Source: Bacteroidales bacterium (lineage in GTDB: Bacteria > Bacteroidota > Bacteroidia > Bacteroidales > ML635J-15). From it: a DNA stretch of 64,000 bases. The position numbers were made by a program, and so were the translations under genes. The DNA is taken from positions 43,510 through 107,509 of the forward strand of contig QKHS01000054.1 in assembly GCA_003249955.1 (NCBI GenBank), in the 5' to 3' direction. The notes below the pieces were generated by a model, which was not told where the DNA came from, searched no databases, and saw only the letters and a program-made list of their open reading frames with translations. This document shows positions 27,340 through 36,857 of this stretch, one piece after another. Position 1 is the stretch's first letter, and the number at the start of each line of letters is the position of its first letter.

Positions 27340-28674
27340 ATGAAAAGAATTATATTATTATTCCCGGCATTGCTTGTTGTATTTTTATCAATTGCTCAGG
27401 ATTATCAGTTGGTTTTTCATGCACAGGGTATTGCCACGCAAATTGATAGTGTTGAAATTGAAAATATTAACCAGAATAAAAGCCTGACAATTTACGGGCA
27501 GGATATTTTACATTTGTCAGGAACGGTTGGAATTAATAATCCGGAAATTTCAGACAAAGAATTATTTATATATCCGAACCCGGCAACAGAATCAGTTTCA
27601 TTGCAGTTCTGTTCAGAAAAGCAGGAAACAGCAAAACTGGAGCTGTTTGATATGTCAGGGAAACTGATTTTCTCTCAAAGCACGGAAATAAATCAGGGAC
27701 AGAATGCTTTCAGGCTTTCCGGCTTTGGCAACGGGAATTATATTGTCAGTTTGTGTTCCGAAACATTTAGATACACAAAGACTTTTGTGTCTGTGTCAAA
27801 CGGGAACAATCAATTAAGGCTTGAGCAAGAGAATTCATCTTCAGATATTGAAAATCGAAAAAAATATGAAGCTGAATCCAAGTCGGTGATTAGTTGGCAA
27901 TATAATGATGGAGATATCCTGATATTTAAAGCATTTGCTGACGGTAATTCCAGAATTTTAGTGTATTACATTGTTGCGGATGCAGACTTGTATTTTGATT
28001 TTGTGTTGTGTCAGGATATAGATGGGTATAAATATCCTGTTACAAATATAGGGTCAAAAACATTTATGGCAGAGAATCTTCATGCTTCAAGGTATAATAA
28101 TAATTCACCTGTTCCGAATGTTACAGACAATACCGAATGGCTAAATCTTGTCAGCGGAGCCAGATGTTATTATAATAATGATAGCGCGGGCTATTCACAA
28201 ACTTACGGAGCTTTATATAATTTTGAAGCAGTGAATTCCGGAGTATTATGTCCCCACGGCTGGCATGTTGCAACTCAGTCTGACTGGGAGCAATTACTTG
28301 TTTATCTGCAAAACAACGGGTATAATTATGACGGGTCATCTGATCCGGATACTGATCCAGGTACTAATGATAAAACGGCAAAGTCGCTTACAAAAGCTAC
28401 GAACTGGATGTCTTCTACAGAAGTTGGAGCTCCCGGTAATAATGATTTCCCGGCATTCCGTAACAGGACAGGTTTTTTCGGGATAGCAGCGGGTATGCGT
28501 GGTGTGTCCGGCAGCACGACAAATATTAGTATTATCGCTGCCTGGTGGTCTTCCACTTCAACAAATACAAATACTGCAGCCCGTTTGGCTATTCAATACG
28601 ATCTGGCCAATAGTGTAATAAGTTATAGTGCAGATAAAAAGTTCGGATTTTCTGTACGCTGTGTTAAGGATTAG
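27340..28674 (+). CDS. FISUMP (Fibrobacter succinogenes major paralogous domain) protein with an internal T9SS-CTD-like domain
   Basis: C-terminal FMAENL...YGALYNFEAV...LCPHGWHVATQSDWEQL...FGFSVRCVKD. Residues ~87-165 (nt 27559-27795) read FIYPNPATESVSLQF...GNYIVSL...TKTFVSV. The probable start is MKRIILLF at 27340. Confidence 0.75.
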   Translation: MKRIILLFPALLVVFLSIAQDYQLVFHAQGIATQIDSVEIENINQNKSLTIYGQDILHLSGTVGINNPEISDKELFIYPNPATESVSLQFCSEKQETAKLELFDMSGKLIFSQSTEINQGQNAFRLSGFGNGNYIVSLCSETFRYTKTFVSVSNGNNQLRLEQENSSSDIENRKKYEAESKSVISWQYNDGDILIFKAFADGNSRILVYYIVADADLYFDFVLCQDIDGYKYPVTNIGSKTFMAENLHASRYNNNSPVPNVTDNTEWLNLVSGARCYYNNDSAGYSQTYGALYNFEAVNSGVLCPHGWHVATQSDWEQLLVYLQNNGYNYDGSSDPDTDPGTNDKTAKSLTKATNWMSSTEVGAPGNNDFPAFRNRTGFFGIAAGMRGVSGSTTNISIIAAWWSSTSTNTNTAARLAIQYDLANSVISYSADKKFGFSVRCVKD

Positions 28675-28725
28675 CTATGATGTTGATTATATTTTAGTTA
28701 GTTTTGCCGTCGTAAAGATTAAATT

Positions 28726-29688
28726 ATGCTACCCGAAAAAAGGCAACATCCTGAGATAAAAACACAATTGCATCCGCGGAATAAACACCGCCGGCGTTAT
28801 GACTTAAACCTTCTTGCAAAGACAAATCCTGAATTGGAAAAATTTATTAAGGTAAACAAGTTTGGCGACCAGTCTATAGATTTTTTTGACCCGAAAGCCG
28901 TAAAAACTCTGAATCAATCTTTGTTGAAGCATTATTATGATGTTGATTTCTGGGATGTGCCCGAAGGTTATTTGTGTCCGCCGGTTCCGGGCAGAGCAGA
29001 TTATTTGCATTATGCGGCTGACTTGTTAGGCTCATGTAATTTCAATAAAATACCTACAGGAGATAAAATAACCTGTCTTGATCTTGGTGTTGGCGCCAGT
29101 TGTGTTTATCCGCTTATCGGAACCAATGAATACAGGTGGCAGTTTATAGGATCGGATATTGACGAAAAAGCAATTGCTTCGGCACAGGAAATAATTGATA
29201 AAAACATGATTCCTGCAAATGAAATACAATTGCGGTTGCAAAAAAATAAATATGAAGCATTCAAGGGTATTTTATTGCCTGACGAATACGTAGATATTTC
29301 GGTTTGCAATCCTCCGTTTCATGCATCAGAAGAAGAGGCGGCAGCAGCAAGCCAGAGAAAACTCAACAACCTGAAAAAAACAAAAGTCAGAAATCCTGTC
29401 CGTAACTTTGGCGGAGTAAACAATGAACTTTGGTGCATAGGCGGGGAATTTAAGTTTGTGAAAAATATGATTCACGAAAGTTTCTGGTTTGGCTCACAGT
29501 GCATGTGGTTTACAAGTCTTATCTCCAAAGAAGAAAATGTAGATTTGCTTAAAGATGAGCTTGCCAGAGTAAAAGCCAAAGATATTCGTGTTATTGATAT
29601 GGGCCAGGGGAATAAAATAAGCAGAATTCTGGTCTGGACTTTTTTGACAAATGAAGAACAGAAGTTTTGGGTGAAGAAAAAGTGGTAG
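28726..29688 (+). CDS. rlmF: 23S rRNA (adenine1618-N6)-methyltransferase RlmF
   Basis: HPRNKHRRRYDL, LDLGVGASCVYPLIG and VCNPPFH (NPPF motif). Confidence 0.85.
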   Translation: MLPEKRQHPEIKTQLHPRNKHRRRYDLNLLAKTNPELEKFIKVNKFGDQSIDFFDPKAVKTLNQSLLKHYYDVDFWDVPEGYLCPPVPGRADYLHYAADLLGSCNFNKIPTGDKITCLDLGVGASCVYPLIGTNEYRWQFIGSDIDEKAIASAQEIIDKNMIPANEIQLRLQKNKYEAFKGILLPDEYVDISVCNPPFHASEEEAAAASQRKLNNLKKTKVRNPVRNFGGVNNELWCIGGEFKFVKNMIHESFWFGSQCMWFTSLISKEENVDLLKDELARVKAKDIRVIDMGQGNKISRILVWTFLTNEEQKFWVKKKW

Positions 29689-29915
29689 TCTGAAGCTGTA
29701 GAATGCAAGATGTCATTCGCTGCGCTGGAAAACGTGACCTGTCATGAGTTCGCTTCGGCGAACGTCATTGGGCTAAAGCCGAAAAACGTTGCGCTGGAAA
29801 ATGAGAACTGTCGATAAATTGACATTCAATCGTCTGTAAGACATCGTCGAATAGAACATGGAAATTATCTAAAGCTGAAATAAGTTACAGGAAGTCTTGA
29901 ATGTGATTTTATTTC

Positions 29916-30815
29916 CTAGATTTCAACTCTTACTCCGAAATTCCCTTTGTAAATACCGTAAGTTTTGGTTCCCAACTCAGGAATATAGTCTATTGCAATA
30001 CCGGGTTGTAATTCCATAATCAGGTGCATTTTATTCCAGAATTCATTTTTTCTGGCAATACGGAAATCTATTCCAAGCGGGATATATGCGAATGTAGAAA
30101 TGTTGGTTTTATTTACATGAATTTCGTCATAAGATTCGTAATTTTCTTCGTTGTAGCTGGAATACGAGTGGTAATAACTGCTATTGGGGAAAACATAATT
30201 TACAGACATAGAACTGTAATAAGATAATATGCTTTCTGCCCGGAGTGAAGTCATTGCAGAAATTCCAATACCTCCGTATAGCGACCATCTTGCCTGTGGC
30301 TGGGTTCGGAAAACTAAATTTGCATTTATTCCTATTTGCTCAAACATATAATTCATTTGATATGATTGAGAACTAACGGAATCCATAAAAATTGTGTAAT
30401 CACTGTTCGGAGAACTAAGAGTGTCGAACCTGATGTTTTCGGATTTGCTATAATAAGCGTTTAGTGTTGAACCACTCCGGAATGTAACCCCAAGATTTAG
30501 TTTAGGATTTGCATTGTAGTCCTGTTTTTCGGCATTGTAAAACTGTAATCCCAGATTTATTGTAAACACATTGTCATTTGACGACATGTTGAAGTAGGAT
30601 GAAGATTGTGTAAAATCCGTAAAATCGTTTTTTAACATTTCCGAGCCGGGCGCAAGCTTTGTGAAATCATTTATATCTGCATAATTACTATAGTCTCCGT
30701 TTATCCCGTTGTAAATTCCTAAATCTGAAATCCTGATTTTTGAAATTTTTTCATTTTGTCCGAAAATAGTTGCAGATATTAATAAACATACAACTAAAAG
30801 CATTGTGTTTTTCAT
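29916..30815 (-). CDS. Outer-membrane beta-barrel protein, unknown function
   Basis: Signal peptide, alternating aromatic/polar beta-strand pattern, and a C-terminal ...GNFGVRVEI. Confidence 0.5.
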   Translation of the reverse strand: MKNTMLLVVCLLISATIFGQNEKISKIRISDLGIYNGINGDYSNYADINDFTKLAPGSEMLKNDFTDFTQSSSYFNMSSNDNVFTINLGLQFYNAEKQDYNANPKLNLGVTFRSGSTLNAYYSKSENIRFDTLSSPNSDYTIFMDSVSSQSYQMNYMFEQIGINANLVFRTQPQARWSLYGGIGISAMTSLRAESILSYYSSMSVNYVFPNSSYYHSYSSYNEENYESYDEIHVNKTNISTFAYIPLGIDFRIARKNEFWNKMHLIMELQPGIAIDYIPELGTKTYGIYKGNFGVRVEI

Positions 30816-30961
30816 AATTATTAAGCTTAGTTATTATAACGGTATTTTTTTGTCAATATTTTATTTTAGCAGGAATTAGTAAAATCAAAAATAGTAAATT
30901 TGTAATTGTAAAAACTACTTTAGTTTTACTTTCATAGCAAATTAATAAAACAATCTGTATT

Positions 30962-31405
30962 ATGGAAATTGATAAGACAACAGAATTAAGAGCATCAGTC
31001 AAGCTTGTAAATGACAGGTTAAAATTTTCAGGAGAAGTTTTAAATAACAACCCGGTTGAAATTGATTATATTTCTCCTTTGGGTGATAATGATGGTTATA
31101 CATCTCTTGAATTATTGCTTTTAAGTTTATCTTCCTGTGTCGGGAGTGCAGTTTTAACTTTTTTACGAAGAATGCAAAAGGAAATATCCGGTTGTGAAGT
31201 TAATGCACGCGGGATAAGAAACACCAGTCATCCTACCGGGTTTAAAACTATTTATATAGATTTTGTCATAAATTCCTCAGATGTTACCATGGATGATTTT
31301 GACAAGGTTCTTAAACTGGCCGAAGATTCATATTGTCCGGTTTGGGCAATGCTTAAAGGTAATGTCGAAATTATTACCGGTTGCAATATTGTTAAACATA
31401 AATAA
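30962..31405 (+). CDS. OsmC/Ohr-family protein
   Basis: 147 aa with LELLLLSLSSCVGSAV and the ...DSYCPVWAMLKG cysteine pair, typical of OsmC. Confidence 0.65.
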   Translation: MEIDKTTELRASVKLVNDRLKFSGEVLNNNPVEIDYISPLGDNDGYTSLELLLLSLSSCVGSAVLTFLRRMQKEISGCEVNARGIRNTSHPTGFKTIYIDFVINSSDVTMDDFDKVLKLAEDSYCPVWAMLKGNVEIITGCNIVKHK

Positions 31406-31417
31406 AACCATAAAACC

Positions 31418-31735
31418 ATGCAAAACATTTTAATAGCTCTGGCAATTGGCATATCTGCCGGAATAATAGATGTTGTTCCTATGATTATTCAAAAACTTGA
31501 CCGTACAGCAAATATCTCTGCATTTGTGCATTGGGTAGTGCTTGGCCTGATAATCCCTTTTGTACATTGGGATATTGACCCGTGGTTAAAAGGCCTTATT
31601 ATTGGTGAACTGGTATCTCTGCCTGTTATGATTATTGTATTTGCTCAGGATAAGAAATCTGTGATTCCTATGAGTATTATGTCTGCAGTTTTAGGTGTGG
31701 CTGTTGCAGTTGCAGGTGCTCATTTTATAGGATAG
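31418..31735 (+). CDS. Small membrane protein (3-4 TM helices)
   Basis: Hydrophobic throughout. No motif recognised. Confidence 0.45.
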   Translation: MQNILIALAIGISAGIIDVVPMIIQKLDRTANISAFVHWVVLGLIIPFVHWDIDPWLKGLIIGELVSLPVMIIVFAQDKKSVIPMSIMSAVLGVAVAVAGAHFIG

Positions 31736-31755
31736 AATTAAAAAAACAAAAAAAA

Positions 31756-31819
31756 CGAAGGTGACTTCGGCTACGCTCAGTCACCTGATAATAGTTGACA
31801 GAGCATAGCCCAAGGCAAC
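31756..31819 (+). repeat. Alternative-hairpin element, copy 3 (L-M only, R deleted)
   Basis: cgaaggtgacttcggctacgctcagtca-cctgataatagt-tgacagagcatagcc-caaggcaac. Confidence 0.8.
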
Positions 31820-31871
31820 AATAAAACAAAAAACAAATAACAATAGAAGTATAGCAGGTAAATTGTAAATT

Positions 31872-32282
31872 ATGAAGACAGAAGAGACATTAAAACCTGA
31901 GTTGATTGCTCCCTGTGGAATAAACTGCGGTATTTGTCTGGCTTATTTGCGTAAAAAGAACAAATGCGGCGGATGTAATGGTCCGGATGACCAAAAACCA
32001 AATTATTGCAGAACCTGTGTAATGAAAAACTGCGAATTACTTGCAAAAACAGATTCCGGACTTTGTATTGATTGCGAAAAATTTCCGTGTCAGAGATTAA
32101 AGAGGCTTGATAAGCGCTATTCTACCGGATATAATGTTACCAATATTGGAAACCTCAGACACATTAAAGAGAAAGGAATGTCAGATTTTCTGGAAACACA
32201 GAGAGAGCGTTACCGTTGTGCAAAATGTGGCGGAGTAATTTGTGTTCACAGGAATTTTTGTCTCGAATGCGGCAAAGAATAA
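31872..32282 (+). CDS. DUF3795 cysteine-rich protein
   Basis: LIAPCGINCGICLAYLRKKNKCGGC...YCRTCVMKNC...CIDCEKFPC pattern. Confidence 0.7.
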   Translation: MKTEETLKPELIAPCGINCGICLAYLRKKNKCGGCNGPDDQKPNYCRTCVMKNCELLAKTDSGLCIDCEKFPCQRLKRLDKRYSTGYNVTNIGNLRHIKEKGMSDFLETQRERYRCAKCGGVICVHRNFCLECGKE

Positions 32283-32373
32283 ATGTTTGGCAGCCGACAG
32301 AAAAAATAATTCAGATCGCGATTTCTTTTCTAATTTTGGCACATAAAATTTTCAGTTTATAAATTTGAATTTT

Positions 32374-33000
32374 ATGAAACAATTGTTTGTGTTAATTTTA
32401 ATTTTTGCATCAGCAGTATGTGTAAATGCTCAGACCGAAATAAGTGTTTATGGCGGACTTATGGATTATCCCGGTTTGTCTCTGGAGCAAAAGTTTCAGA
32501 ATAAACTGAGTGTTGATCTTAGTTGTTCCTACCGGTACAGACAAGGAGATATTCTTTTTGCCGATGCGCCGAATGCCGACATTTCTACAAATATTATGAC
32601 AACTTTGGGAGTGAAGAAATACAATACCGGGGATAATGGTAAAGACAAATTTTTTTACGGAGGATATTTAAGATACTGGCAAACAGGCTGGCGTGTTAAG
32701 AGCATTGATAATCTGACTCCAGACCAAATGCAATATGCAGATTCTGTAGCACTCACAACATCAAACAAAACCCATAAGATTTCTGTTGGCGGACTTGTCG
32801 GATATAAGTTTTATCTCGGAGAGAAGTTTACAATTACACTGACAGGCGGATTGGGATTTTCGCCCAAACAAACTTACTGGCGCGAAATAGATGAATACAA
32901 CCGTCCAACACAAACATACTTATACGGTGGCAATGAAATTATAGGTTATTTTAATCTTTTGAGCGGAATAGGAAGACTAAGCGTGGGGTACAGGTTCTAG
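32374..33000 (+). CDS. Outer-membrane beta-barrel protein
   Basis: Signal peptide MKQLFVLILIFASAVCVNAQ, beta-strand periodicity and a C-terminal LSVGYRF. Confidence 0.5.
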   Translation: MKQLFVLILIFASAVCVNAQTEISVYGGLMDYPGLSLEQKFQNKLSVDLSCSYRYRQGDILFADAPNADISTNIMTTLGVKKYNTGDNGKDKFFYGGYLRYWQTGWRVKSIDNLTPDQMQYADSVALTTSNKTHKISVGGLVGYKFYLGEKFTITLTGGLGFSPKQTYWREIDEYNRPTQTYLYGGNEIIGYFNLLSGIGRLSVGYRF

Positions 33001-33060
33001 TATTTTCCTGTCGAAATTTTCTTAATTCAGATATTCCGGAGTATATATTCTGCTAAAACA

Positions 33061-33140
33061 ACCATGCGCCAGACAACTTCCGTCTTCGGTCTTCCAGCTT
33101 TATTAAGTGTTGGATATTGAATATTATTCCTTCCTTCAAA
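33061..33140. repeat. GGAAG-rich dispersed element, inverted copy
   Basis: The reverse complement reads ...aaggaaggaataatattcaatatccaacacttaataaagctggaagaccgaagacggaagttgtctggcgcatggt, matching 10757-10795 and 10865-10945. Confidence 0.8.
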
Positions 33141-33176
33141 CACCATTTTCATTGGTCTGGTTTTTGTCAAAAACAT

Positions 33177-33184
33177 TATCTTTG
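33177..33184 (+). promoter_or_regulatory. Bacteroidota -7 box (TAnnTTTG)
   Basis: tatctttg lies 21 nt upstream of the ATG at 33205. Confidence 0.45.
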
Positions 33185-33204
33185 CAACTCTAAAACCTTG
33201 AAGA

Positions 33205-34632
33205 ATGAAAAAGTATTTATTTATTGTTTTTGTTTTATCGCTTTCGTTTTCAGCTTTTTCGCAGGAAGTCTGTCTTACATCTCTCGAAAAAGAGGTTATG
33301 GATTTGCTGAATCAGAAACGTGCCGAAAACGGACTTCCAAAAGTTGAAATTTCTAAAGTCTTAATGCTGACTGCCAATAAAAATGTTGAAGAAGTTGTTA
33401 CTCAGAGTTATCTTAATTTTAAGCCTGACAAGTTCGGAGATTATGCTTACAGGTCTGAGCAAATAAGGTACAGCAGTTCGGCATCAACAGCACAGGCAAT
33501 TGTAAGGTCGTTAACAACCCCAGGTACTTACACAAAATATCACAGCATAATTCTGAACAGCGACGAATACTCGTCTGCCAAATGGCTGAGTGCCGGGATC
33601 TGCATAAGAAAAAATAACATAATCATTATTTTCGGGGAAAAACCGGAAGAAGCAACAGATTATGATATTTGTGACAATGAAGCTTTCTTTGGCAGCGTTG
33701 AAGTTCCTCAATTCCCGACCTTCTATGCATATGTACCCGAAGACGCGATTGTTAAAATCAAGGCACTTACTTATCAGGGCGAGACGCTTGACTATGATAT
33801 AAACACCCTGTCTTCGTTTGTTGATAAAGGAACATATCTTAATATTCCGCTGGACGAAGCTTCTGTAGCAACATTTACCATTTGTATCAGGCCTCAGTCA
33901 GGGTCAATAGTGCCTACAGAACCCCTATGTTTTACAATTGGCAGCGGAGAAAAAGGAATTGTAGAAAAAACAATATCTTTCAAAGGAAATTCGGTTGCTG
34001 AAATTGAAGCTTTTATAAGGTCGGGGCATGATGTGAATTTTGTTGCAGATGACGACCCTAACAGTTATTCAATGCTGGAACGTGCCGTTGTCCGGAATAA
34101 TTTTGAAGCTGTAGAATATTTGCTTAAAAACGGAGCAGATATCAACTATGCATCTTCCGATGGTGAAACAGCAGTATGGTTTTGCAAAAGCTCAGAAATG
34201 TTTGATTTTTTGAAGAAATATAAACCGGATTACAGCAGAACTTCTATAGATAAAACAACTTTGCTTCATGCTTATTCCCAGGCCGGCCTGCTTGATCCGG
34301 TAAAATATTGTCTGGAAGTTGCCGGGCTTGATATTAACGGGAAAGATCGTAACGGCGGGACACCCCTTTTATGGGCGGTTCAGTCTGATAAATATGATGT
34401 TGCAGAATACCTGCTCGGAAAAGGAGCCGGGCAGGAAATGGGCTGGCTGGTTTATCCAATTCATGATGCAGTTGATTATTCTGATCTTAAAATGGTGAAA
34501 TTGCTTGTAAAATACGGTGCGGATGTAAATGCAAAAGACAGTAACGGAAATACACCTTTATATCATGCAAAAGTTCAGGCAGACAGGAATGAGGAGATAA
34601 TAAATTACCTTATTGAACAAGGCGGGAAGTAA
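33205..34632 (+). CDS. Secreted protein with C-terminal ankyrin repeats
   Basis: Signal peptide. Ankyrin repeats include NGGTPLLWAVQSDKYDVAEYLLGKGA, PIHDAVDYSDLKMVKLLVKYGADVNAKDSNGNTPLYHA and TLLHAY. The N-terminal region is weakly CAP/SCP-like. Confidence 0.7.
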   Translation: MKKYLFIVFVLSLSFSAFSQEVCLTSLEKEVMDLLNQKRAENGLPKVEISKVLMLTANKNVEEVVTQSYLNFKPDKFGDYAYRSEQIRYSSSASTAQAIVRSLTTPGTYTKYHSIILNSDEYSSAKWLSAGICIRKNNIIIIFGEKPEEATDYDICDNEAFFGSVEVPQFPTFYAYVPEDAIVKIKALTYQGETLDYDINTLSSFVDKGTYLNIPLDEASVATFTICIRPQSGSIVPTEPLCFTIGSGEKGIVEKTISFKGNSVAEIEAFIRSGHDVNFVADDDPNSYSMLERAVVRNNFEAVEYLLKNGADINYASSDGETAVWFCKSSEMFDFLKKYKPDYSRTSIDKTTLLHAYSQAGLLDPVKYCLEVAGLDINGKDRNGGTPLLWAVQSDKYDVAEYLLGKGAGQEMGWLVYPIHDAVDYSDLKMVKLLVKYGADVNAKDSNGNTPLYHAKVQADRNEEIINYLIEQGGK

Positions 34633-34844
34633 CGAAAAACTGTAACAGTATCAGCGGTTACGGATTTGGAAATTAAATAGCCGGACATTTAAACTGTTTT
34701 TGTATTTGTCTGATATACAGTGTTTTACTTGTGTGGCAACAGGATGGTCATAGCCGGAAAGAAATAATGTAAATAGTTTTGACGATAATTACACATCCCG
34801 GATAATTACATTTTTTATCTTTACAAAAAATAAACTCTTCTATC

Positions 34845-35837
34845 ATGAAAAAGATATTTTTATTCTTTATGGTCACAGGAGTTCTGATATTTACAGGTTG
34901 TAAAAAAGAAAATCCTTTGCCCGAAGGTATAGATGTAAGACAGGAAATGCGCGATTTTGTTATTGGCATAAGTGAATATTCAAAGAACATAAAAGAAGAT
35001 TTTATTGTAATTCCCCAAAACGGGCAAGCTTTGATAACAGATAACGGCAATGCGGGAGGAATTGTCAATCAGCAATACATAAACGCTATAGATGCAACCG
35101 GCCGCGAAGATCTGTATTACGGATATTCAGGAGATGATAAAGAAACACCTGCGGAGGACAAACAGTTTATGCTGGATTTATGTCTTTTGTTTGAACAAAA
35201 CAATGTTGAAGTGCTTACAATTGATTATTGCTCAACCATCTCCAAAGTTGATAATTCATATCAGCAAAATGCTGCAAACGGATTTATTTCATTTGCAGCA
35301 GACGAAAGAAATCTTAATAATATTCCGGCATATCCGTCTTTACCATATAATGTAAATACAAATGATATTACAGATATTTCGGAGGCAAAGAATTTTCTGT
35401 ATCTTATAAATCCCGAAAACTACAGTACTAAAAACGGGATGCTTAGTGCAATTGCGGCTACGGATTACGATCTGGTGATTATTGATTTGTATTTTAATGA
35501 AGATGCCCTTACTGCTCAGGATCTGGCTCAGATCAGGACAAAACATAACGGCGGTATCCGTAAAATAGTTGCTTATGTAAGCATAGGAGAAGCCGAGGAT
35601 TATCGTCCGTACTGGAAAGACGAATGGAAAAAAGAACATCCGGTCTGGCTCGAAGCAGAAAATCCCCTGTGGAAAGGCAATTACAAAGTAAGATATTGGG
35701 AGCAGGAGTGGAAAGATATTATCTACGGCAATGAAAATTCATATATCCGTAAAGTCCTCAATGCCGGTTTCGATGGTGTTTATCTCGATATTATTGACGG
35801 ATATGAGTATTTTGAGGAAGAATATGATTTAAAATAA
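34845..35837 (+). CDS. Lipoprotein of the GH114 / TM1410-like putative glycoside hydrolase family
   Basis: Lipobox FTGC. VAYVSIGEAEDYRPYW, YKVRYWEQEWKDII and GFDGVYLDIIDGYEYF resemble the endo-alpha-1,4-polygalactosaminidase-like family. Confidence 0.55.
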   Translation: MKKIFLFFMVTGVLIFTGCKKENPLPEGIDVRQEMRDFVIGISEYSKNIKEDFIVIPQNGQALITDNGNAGGIVNQQYINAIDATGREDLYYGYSGDDKETPAEDKQFMLDLCLLFEQNNVEVLTIDYCSTISKVDNSYQQNAANGFISFAADERNLNNIPAYPSLPYNVNTNDITDISEAKNFLYLINPENYSTKNGMLSAIAATDYDLVIIDLYFNEDALTAQDLAQIRTKHNGGIRKIVAYVSIGEAEDYRPYWKDEWKKEHPVWLEAENPLWKGNYKVRYWEQEWKDIIYGNENSYIRKVLNAGFDGVYLDIIDGYEYFEEEYDLK

Positions 35838-36344
35838 AATTTGCCTCGCTCGCAAGAACTTATAACCCGAGTGCCTGTAATACCATGGACACTGATTTTA
35901 AATCCGTGCCAACGAGGGGGCATGACACATTTTAGTTTCAATTTTAAATATTTTCAAACTAATAACTTCAATTAAAAGAACAATAATTATGACAACAGAA
36001 TTTTCTCAGAAAAAGAGGAGTAAACAATCGAAAGTTCATATTAACCTCGGATAAAATAGTGGTTGAGACAAAGACAATCCGGAAAATTGACAAGTACGAA
36101 GTAAAACTTGATCAGTTAGGATTTAACATCCATTATCAATCTGATAATACTATGCATGGGAAAATATTTTTAGCGATTTGTTTGGTTTTGGTATTAGGTT
36201 CTGGAATTGGTATAATTGCTACTTCCGGTCAAGATAACCGAAAGTGAATAGAAGTTTCGAAAATTATTTATAAATTTGAAAAATTTTAATAACCAGGCTC
36301 AAACAAAACATGGCTGCAGGAGTTAAGAATCAAATAAAATATAT

Positions 36345-36752
36345 ATGAAAAATAAAGTTTTCTTTTTATCCATCTTATTTTTTGCAATTATTTACGGGAC
36401 AAGTTGTGAAAATGACAATAGTGACCACACAACCGACTTAACTGTTGAAAATTTGCAAGGGCTGTGGAAAGCAAAAGACAATGATCATGATGTTAAATCG
36501 TTATACATTAATTCTGACCACGAATTATTTATAATCCAAGATTTTTATGATCGTCAAAGTCAAACAGACTATTTTTATTATCTGGATACAACTAGCAATA
36601 TTTATATACGTCCTGATAATGATTATTTTGACACATTACCATATTTTGCTTGTCCGATTAAGTTTGTTAATGCTGACAGAATAAGAATTGGAAATTTGCA
36701 TAATTGCCTTGGAGAAGAAGGTATTGAAGATATTACTTTTGTAAGAGATTAA
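36345..36752 (+). CDS. Small lipoprotein, unknown function
   Basis: MKNKVFFLSILFFAIIYGTSC lipobox. Confidence 0.45.
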   Translation: MKNKVFFLSILFFAIIYGTSCENDNSDHTTDLTVENLQGLWKAKDNDHDVKSLYINSDHELFIIQDFYDRQSQTDYFYYLDTTSNIYIRPDNDYFDTLPYFACPIKFVNADRIRIGNLHNCLGEEGIEDITFVRD

Positions 36753-36830
36753 TCCAGGCGAGCTAAAGGATTTGCATTTCGCATAACCCCATTTTCGCAA
36801 TTATCATCAAATGCCACGTTCAAAAATCTT

Positions 36831-36838
36831 TATCTTTG
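36831..36838 (+). promoter_or_regulatory. Bacteroidota -7 box (TAnnTTTG)
   Basis: tatctttg lies 20 nt upstream of the ATG at 36858. Confidence 0.45.
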
Positions 36839-36857
36839 CCGGGTTAAATAATTAGCT

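Noticed and set aside
33117-33347. Track ORF 33117..33347 overlapping the start of the ankyrin gene
   Set aside because: It is in a different frame over the signal-peptide region of the well-supported 33205 gene, and it begins inside the inverted GGAAG repeat.
36059-36247. 62-aa GTG-start ORF and a 21-aa ORF just upstream (35989-36054)
   Set aside because: No motif, an alternative start codon and an isolated position. This may be a remnant or a tiny membrane peptide, but the sequence alone does not support a call.
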